This document shows, piece by piece, positions 58,382 to 64,000 of a DNA stretch of 64,000 nt. This DNA comes from Ferrithrix thermotolerans DSM 19514 (GTDB lineage: Bacteria > Actinomycetota > Acidimicrobiia > Acidimicrobiales > CAIXPF01): contig CAMDQT010000003.1 of the NCBI GenBank assembly GCA_945906305.1, positions 6,439 through 70,438 of the forward strand, written 5' to 3'. The position numbers and the translations under genes were made by a program. The notes beneath the pieces are model-generated. The model made no database searches and was not told the origin of the DNA. It saw only the letters and a list, made by a program, of their open reading frames with translations. The first letter of the stretch is position 1. Every line of letters starts with the position of its first letter.

Positions 58382-58951
58382 GTGATCCTCTCCGATCGGA
58401 CCTTGCGGGAAGAACTCGATGCAGGGCGCATCGTGATTGATCCGCTGGGCCCCAATGCCATTCAACCGTCCTCGGTCGACCTGCGCTTGGACTCGTCGTT
58501 CCTGGTGTTCCGGAACTACACGAGAGGGCTCATCGATGTCCGCGAGGATCTGTCCGATCTCACCGAGCTGGTCGAGGTTGAACCCGACGAGCCGTTCATC
58601 CTGCATCCCGGCGAGTTCGTGTTGGGTTCCACGCTGGAGCGAGTGGTGGTGCCCATTGATCTGGTGGCACGGCTGGAAGGTAAGTCCAGCCTGGGTCGGC
58701 TCGGCCTGCTCATCCACTCCACCGCGGGCTTCGTTGACGCCGGCTGGGACGGCCAGCTGACGCTGGAACTGTCCAACGTGGCCAACCTGCCCATCACGCT
58801 CTACCCGTCGATGAAGATCGGTCAGATCAGCTTCATCCGGATGACGACCCCCGCCGACATCCCCTACGGGTCAGCGCAGGTCGGATCCAAGTACCAGAAC
58901 CAGCGTGGTCCCCGGCCGAGCCGGTACTGGGAGAACTTCGGCCGTTCCTGA
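58382..58951 (+). CDS. dcd: dCTP deaminase
   Basis: [66 protein letters not shown].. Confidence 0.93.
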   Translation: MILSDRTLREELDAGRIVIDPLGPNAIQPSSVDLRLDSSFLVFRNYTRGLIDVREDLSDLTELVEVEPDEPFILHPGEFVLGSTLERVVVPIDLVARLEGKSSLGRLGLLIHSTAGFVDAGWDGQLTLELSNVANLPITLYPSMKIGQISFIRMTTPADIPYGSAQVGSKYQNQRGPRPSRYWENFGRS

Positions 58952-58994
58952 GTGCGGTCTCGGACACCTTTGGACGGTCCGACGTTGGCGGGGC

Positions 58995-61298
58995 TCAGTC
59001 GCCGAACAGTTCCGCTTCCGCCGCGGCGACCTCCTGAATGAAGGTCGGTGCTCCCGCTCGCATGGCTTCGCCGCGTTCGATGGCCTCGAGGAGGTGCATG
59101 GAGATGTCGGCCACGCGGACCTCGTCCTCCTCTTTGCCCGCCGCCTTTACCCCGTCGTCCAGCATCACGTAGCAGAACGGGCAGGCGGTCGCGACCCGGG
59201 TTGCACCCGTGGCGATGAGTTCCTGGGCCCGCTCGTCGTTGACCTTCTTGCCGATGGATTCTTCCATCCACATGCGACCACCACCGGCGCCACAGCACAT
59301 GGCTTTGGTGCCGTTGCGTTCTGCTTCGACTACCTGCACGCCGGCCAATGAGCCGATGACTCGCCGCGGTGCCTCGTAGATGTCGTTGTGGCGGCCGAGG
59401 TAACACGAGTCGTGGTAAACGACCCGCTCGTCGAGGCGGGCCCCGCTCAGATCGAGCCGACCGTCCGCGACCAGGGTCTCGAGGAACTGGCTGTGGTGGA
59501 CCACCTCGTAGTTGCCGCCGAGTTGGGGGTATTCGTTGCGCATGGTGTTGAAGCAGTGTGGGCACTGCGTGATGATCTTGCGTACGCCCATGCCGTTGAG
59601 GTTGGCGACGTTCTGCTTGGCGAGCATTTGGAACAGGTACTCGTTGCCCGAACGGCGAGCGGGGTCGCCGGTGCACATCTCGGACGGGCCGAGGATGGCG
59701 AAGTCGATGTTGGCGCGGCGGAGCAACTTGGCGGTCGCCTCGGTCACTCGCTTGTTCTTGTCATCGAAAGATCCCGCGCAGCCGACCCAGTACAAGTACT
59801 CGTGCGAGAAGGGGTCGCCGGGATCCACGATCTGCACCCCAGGGACCTTGTCCGCCCAGGCACCGCGGTCCGACTGGGACATCGCCCAGGGGTTGCCCGA
59901 GTTCTCCATGGCCCGGTAGGCGGTGCCTAGTTCGGTGGGGAAGTTCGACTCCATCAAAGACAGGTAGCGCCGCATGTCGAGGATCTTGTCGAGGATCTCG
60001 ATGTTGACCGGGCAGATTTCGTCACACGCCCGGCAGCTCGTGCAGCTCCACAGTTCCTCCGGGGTGATTCGATCGAACATCCAGTTGGCTGGAACGGTGA
60101 TTTCGGCGTTGACGCCAATGGGGGGCGACACTGCCGGGTCGCCGGTACGGGCCATGACCTCACCGGTCTTCAACACGATTTCACGAGGATCGAGCGGCTT
60201 GCCGGTGGCGTGTGCGGGGCACACCGAGGTGCAACGGCCGCACATCGTGCAGGCGTCAGTGTCAAGCAACTGCTTCCAGGTGAAATCCTCGATCGTGGAC
60301 GCGCCGAAGTGCTCGAGTTCGGTGGTCTCCATGTCCGGCAGGGGCTTCATGGCCCCCTTGGGACGCTCGCGGTCGCGCAGATACATGTTCAGGGGGCTGG
60401 TGAAAATGTGCCGCAGCATGGTGGTAGGCAGGATCACCAGGAACGCCATGAAGCTGGCGACGTGGGCCACCCACCAGACCTGGTGCCAGCCCTGAAGCGA
60501 ACCTGATCCTTCGACCAAAGAGGCCAGCGGGTAGCCGACGAAGGACCAACGCTCGAAGGAGGGCATACCCGTTTCGGCGATGCGGAACATCTCGGTGGCG
60601 AACCCGGTCACGCCGATTGCGCCGAACACGGCGAGGATCACGGCGTGTTCGGGCTTGGACTTGATTCGGATCCGGTAGGGACGGACGTTGCGGGGCCCGT
60701 AACGGCGGATCGTCGCCCACACGATGCCGGTGAGGAAGCCCAGCCCGGCCAGGTCACCAACGAAGGCGAAACCCTGGTACACCCCACCGTGGAGGAACTT
60801 CGCGGCGGAGGGCAACTGATGGTTGATCTCCAGGATGGTGGTGACGGCGAGCAGGATGACGAAGTTGAAGTAGATGAGGCTGTGCATGATGCCGGCACCG
60901 GGTTCACGCAGCAGGGTCTGCATGTACACACCGGCGCGGAAGTCGGCCAGGCGTCGTTTGACGTTCTTGGGGGTCGTCGCCCGGTTGTCGGGGCGACCCC
61001 GCTCCCAGTTCTTGACCCGGTTGGCGAACATCATGGCGCCATAGGCGATCATGAGCGGGATGACGCTGTAAAAGACCAGCTTGAACGCGCTGGGAATGCC
61101 TTCGAAAACCTCGCGTTGGACCGAGGAGCCGTCGTGGTGCTTGAGGAAAGCCGAACTCAAGCCGGACGCGGCGGTCACGACGGCGAAGCCGATCCCGATG
61201 GTGAGCACGAGGTGACGGGCTTTGAACGGCAAACCCTTCGGTGGGTTGCTGAGCTTGCCGTCCTCGGTCTGTTGGTGCTCTTCGGTCGTGGTGCTCAC
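58995..61298 (-). CDS. membrane-bound (Fe-S)-binding reductase (NarI-like TM domain + 2x[4Fe-4S] + CCG domains; heterodisulfide-reductase/GlpC-like)
   Basis: 767 aa. N-terminal polytopic region, ferredoxin motifs CTMCGRCTSVCPA and CTSCRACDEICPV, and cysteine-rich CCG-type repeats (..WVGCAG.., ..AMCCGAGGG..). Confidence 0.85.
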   Translation of the reverse strand: MSTTTEEHQQTEDGKLSNPPKGLPFKARHLVLTIGIGFAVVTAASGLSSAFLKHHDGSSVQREVFEGIPSAFKLVFYSVIPLMIAYGAMMFANRVKNWERGRPDNRATTPKNVKRRLADFRAGVYMQTLLREPGAGIMHSLIYFNFVILLAVTTILEINHQLPSAAKFLHGGVYQGFAFVGDLAGLGFLTGIVWATIRRYGPRNVRPYRIRIKSKPEHAVILAVFGAIGVTGFATEMFRIAETGMPSFERWSFVGYPLASLVEGSGSLQGWHQVWWVAHVASFMAFLVILPTTMLRHIFTSPLNMYLRDRERPKGAMKPLPDMETTELEHFGASTIEDFTWKQLLDTDACTMCGRCTSVCPAHATGKPLDPREIVLKTGEVMARTGDPAVSPPIGVNAEITVPANWMFDRITPEELWSCTSCRACDEICPVNIEILDKILDMRRYLSLMESNFPTELGTAYRAMENSGNPWAMSQSDRGAWADKVPGVQIVDPGDPFSHEYLYWVGCAGSFDDKNKRVTEATAKLLRRANIDFAILGPSEMCTGDPARRSGNEYLFQMLAKQNVANLNGMGVRKIITQCPHCFNTMRNEYPQLGGNYEVVHHSQFLETLVADGRLDLSGARLDERVVYHDSCYLGRHNDIYEAPRRVIGSLAGVQVVEAERNGTKAMCCGAGGGRMWMEESIGKKVNDERAQELIATGATRVATACPFCYVMLDDGVKAAGKEEDEVRVADISMHLLEAIERGEAMRAGAPTFIQEVAAAEAELFGD

Positions 61299-61362
61299 AG
61301 TCGGAAAGGTAGTCCTCCTGCTAGCTCACGGGCGAGCGGCGTCGTCGTGGCAGGCTGGTGGG

Positions 61363-62424
61363 GTGCAATCCGCCGTGCATGACGCCGTTGTCGAACTGAT
61401 CGCGGAGCAACAGGCGGCAGGCGAGCATCTCGGTGTTCAGGTGGCCGCGCGTTGGCGTGGCCAGCTCATCGTCGATGTGGCATCGGGCTGGCTCGATCCC
61501 GATCGCCGTCGCCCGGTAAATGCCAACAGCCTGTTCTGTTGTTTCTCGGTCAGCAAGGCATTAGCTGCTCGTCGGCTGTGGTCTCTCATCGTCGATCGGC
61601 GTCTGGACCCCAAACAGCGGGTGGCGATGTACTGGAAGGGGTTTACGGCACCGGTCACCGTGGCCGAGGTGTTAACCCATCAGGCTGGTCTTCATCGCGT
61701 GCCGGAAAACCTCGACGCCGAGTTTCTCCTCGACGCCGCGGCGGGCTTGTCTTGGGTGGCGAAGCTGCTGCCAGCGTGGGCGCCAGGCACGTCGAGCGGG
61801 TACCACACGCTTACCTACGGGTGGTTGGTGCGCGGCCTGTACGAGGCTGTAACCGGTGAACCGCTGCCTGCGGTGATCGATCACGACGTGTTTTTTGGCC
61901 TCCCTGCCGACCAGGCGTGGCGCGCCGCGACCATCGTCGAGTCAGCCTCGGCCCGTGGTCTTAGCTGGGTCGGTGACCGGGCTCACCCAGCGCGAGAGGC
62001 CATGCCTCCGGCGTTCATTCCGGACTGGAACGATCCTCGATTGCGGGCCACGTGTCAGCCGGCGTTTAGCGGCTGGAGTTCGGCCCGGGCCTTGGCCGCC
62101 CACGTCGACGCCATTACACCGGCGGAGTACGAACTCGCTCGGGAGCTCTACGTGGACGGGTTGGACCGCGTTTTGGAACTGCCGGTGCGTCGTGGCCTCG
62201 GGGTCGAACTCGGTGGCCGCTTCGAGGGTGGGGCCGTCGGAGCGCTGGGTCCCCACGAGCGAGCGTTCGGCCACGGTGGCCATGGTGGCCAGGTCGTGGT
62301 GCGCGATCCCGAGGCGGAGCTCACCATTGCGGTGTTGGTCAACCTGCTCGTTGATGCGGACCTCGCCGCGCCCCGTACGACCACGGTGTGCGAATTGATT
62401 CGTGGGCTGTGCGACGCTTATTGA
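61363..62424 (+). CDS. serine hydrolase, beta-lactamase/esterase (class C-like) family
   Basis: SxxK nucleophile motif FCCFSVSKALAA and ..YHTLTYGWL... GTG 61363 chosen because the track start 61222 overlaps the divergent Fe-S gene. Confidence 0.7.
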   Translation: MQSAVHDAVVELIAEQQAAGEHLGVQVAARWRGQLIVDVASGWLDPDRRRPVNANSLFCCFSVSKALAARRLWSLIVDRRLDPKQRVAMYWKGFTAPVTVAEVLTHQAGLHRVPENLDAEFLLDAAAGLSWVAKLLPAWAPGTSSGYHTLTYGWLVRGLYEAVTGEPLPAVIDHDVFFGLPADQAWRAATIVESASARGLSWVGDRAHPAREAMPPAFIPDWNDPRLRATCQPAFSGWSSARALAAHVDAITPAEYELARELYVDGLDRVLELPVRRGLGVELGGRFEGGAVGALGPHERAFGHGGHGGQVVVRDPEAELTIAVLVNLLVDADLAAPRTTTVCELIRGLCDAY

Positions 62425-63368
62425 CCGACAGGGGCTTTCTGGTTGTCGGCAGGAGCGGCGATGCGCAATGCCGCCGGTACCGCTTCGATCCGACACGGCA
62501 GCTCGCCCCATGCCTCCCCGTCGGCGCGCATCGAGATCTTGTCCTCGCCGACTGATTGCACGGTTATGGCCGTGGCTCGGTACACCGAGACCGCGGGATG
62601 GTTCACATGGGTACCCCGGAAGACCCGGCGGAAGTGGGCCATCAGCTCGAGGCGTCCAACGGCGTCGATCACCGTGATGTCGACCAGGCCATCCGTGGGG
62701 TCCGCGGCCGGGCAGATCTGCATGCCGCCGCCGAACGAAGCGGTGTTGCCCACGGCGACGAGCGAGGCGCGCACTCGGTGCTCGATTGCACCTTCAACCC
62801 CGTCTGTTTCGAGACGGAGCACCAACTCCGTGGGTGCCAGACGGGGCAGTTCCAGCATCGTGGCGATGCTGTAGCGGCTGGCCCCCCGGGGCCATGACAT
62901 GGCCTCAGCCCGTTCGTTGACTGCGGCGGCAAAGCCGGTGGTGGCAACGGAGAGGCCCCATGTCGAACCGCGGCGGAGCAGGTCGAGGCACCGGTCGGGG
63001 CCGAGCGCCACCCGGGCGGCCTCGCTCGGTTCGCGGGGCAGGCCAAGTGCAGCCGCGAAATCGTTGCCGGTGCCTACGGGGATGATTCCCAGCACGGTGG
63101 TGCTACCAGCCACGGCCTGCACGACGTGATGGGCCAGGCCGTCACCGCCGATCACCACAATGCGACCAACCCCAAGGTCGACGGCTGCGGCGGCCTCGGC
63201 GCGCAACTCCGCCACGGAGGAGGCACCAACGACGCGTAGGGCGCTGGTCGGACCACTCTGGCGGACCAGCGCGTCGAGGGCCCTGGCGGTGCGGGTGGAG
63301 CTGCGGCCCTTGCGCGCCGCGGGGTTGACGAACACAACGGTGTGGCCCGACTCGGTCCCCTGCGTCAT
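62418..63368 (-). CDS. diacylglycerol/lipid kinase family protein (YegS/DagK-like)
   Basis: ..RIVVIGGDGLAHHVVQAV.. and ..LGIIPVGTGNDFA.. catalytic-domain motifs. 316 aa. Confidence 0.85.
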   Translation of the reverse strand: MTQGTESGHTVVFVNPAARKGRSSTRTARALDALVRQSGPTSALRVVGASSVAELRAEAAAAVDLGVGRIVVIGGDGLAHHVVQAVAGSTTVLGIIPVGTGNDFAAALGLPREPSEAARVALGPDRCLDLLRRGSTWGLSVATTGFAAAVNERAEAMSWPRGASRYSIATMLELPRLAPTELVLRLETDGVEGAIEHRVRASLVAVGNTASFGGGMQICPAADPTDGLVDITVIDAVGRLELMAHFRRVFRGTHVNHPAVSVYRATAITVQSVGEDKISMRADGEAWGELPCRIEAVPAALRIAAPADNQKAPVGQ

Positions 63369-63384
63369 GACTGCCGGGAAGCTT

Positions 63385-64000
63385 TCAAGAACCAGACGCC
63401 TGCGCGGCTACTGCCGCCGCCGCGCTTCGGGCAGCTTCGGGGTCTCCGACCACCCGGTCGAGGGGATGCTTCGCGCTCCGCGGTCGCAAGTCGTGGTCCA
63501 GCTCGTAGAGCAGCGGCACGCCAGTGGGAAGGTTGAGTTCGGCGATGTCCGTTTCGGAGATCTGGTCGAGGTGTTTCACCAGTGCGCGGAGCGAATTGCC
63601 GTGCGCCGCCACCAGCACGGTTCGGCCGGCCCGAAGATCGGGGACGATGGCGTCGAACCAGTAGGGGAGCATCCGGGCCTCGACGTCCTTGAGGCATTCG
63701 GTGTCCGGAACGAGATTGGACGGCAGGTCGGCATAACGCGGGTCAAGGGACGGGTGGTAGGCCGAGTCGGCATCCATGGCCGGCGGGGCGATGTCATAGG
63801 AGCGGCGCCACAGGTGGACCTGGGCCTCACCGTATCGATCGACGGTTGCCTTTTTGTCCAGCCCGGTGAGGCCTCCGTAATGCCGCTCGTTGAGACGCCA
63901 GTGCCGGCGCACCGGGATCCACAGCCGACCGAGCTCCTCCAGCGCCAGGTTGGCGGTGTGGATGGCTCGCAACTGCATGGACGTGTGCAGCACCTCAGGT
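63385..64000 (-). CDS. gpmA: 2,3-bisphosphoglycerate-dependent phosphoglycerate mutase (C-terminal about 205 codons; N-terminus beyond the right edge)
   Basis: ..[95 protein letters not shown]. The frame stays open to position 64000, and the RHG motif is not yet reached. Confidence 0.92.
   Translation of the reverse strand, partial: PEVLHTSMQLRAIHTANLALEELGRLWIPVRRHWRLNERHYGGLTGLDKKATVDRYGEAQVHLWRRSYDIAPPAMDADSAYHPSLDPRYADLPSNLVPDTECLKDVEARMLPYWFDAIVPDLRAGRTVLVAAHGNSLRALVKHLDQISETDIAELNLPTGVPLLYELDHDLRPRSAKHPLDRVVGDPEAARSAAAAVAAQASGS

Overview
This window is the replication-origin neighbourhood of a high-GC, Actinobacteria-type chromosome. Mycothiol-linked enzymes and DUF3566, DUF721, DUF5318 and CwlM-type genes support that, and gene order follows the Mycobacterium/Streptomyces oriC region. 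On the minus strand: gyrA, gyrB, DUF721 (DciA-like), recF, dnaN, candidate oriC, dnaA. Diverging on the plus strand: rpmH, rnpA, yidD, yidC, jag, rsmG, one extra ORF, parA, parB. Next come cwlM-like, trxA and trxB (minus) with a membrane protein, a Ser/Thr kinase, a large exported protein, a GNAT and a methyltransferase. Then DUF5318, ponA, rpsF, ssb, rpsR, rplI, dnaB (plus), followed by housekeeping and metabolic genes: pncB, SCO, an S4 protein, ABC-F, two CitE/malyl-CoA-lyase-like genes, a MoxR-DUF58-DUF4129 operon, dcd, an Fe-S reductase, a serine hydrolase, a lipid kinase and gpmA. The left flank holds a second type IIA topoisomerase A subunit, an LLM oxidoreductase, a DivIVA-domain protein, MBL hydrolase, oligopeptidase B, mycothiol-dependent formaldehyde dehydrogenase, an HDOD plus PAS-GGDEF-EAL pair, a ThDP enzyme, an IMPase-family protein and a DinB-like protein. 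There are two tRNAs, Ile-GAT and Gly-CCC. I found no CRISPR array, transposase, integrase, prophage or recognisable defence system, so this is mostly conserved core genome. The points most worth a second look are: (1) a free-standing single-motif LAGLIDADG-like ORF between rsmG and parA; (2) a canonical parS palindrome between trxB and trxA, plus a 'split parS' (both exact half-sites 13 bp apart) just after rsmG; (3) DnaA-box clusters in both dnaA-flanking spacers, after parB and before dnaB, two of them sharing an identical 12-mer; (4) an orphan TadE-like gene between gyrA and the DUF3566 gene. All calls come from reading the sequence and the supplied ORF translations. No searches were run, many start codons are uncertain, and the ORF track renders GTG/TTG starts as M.
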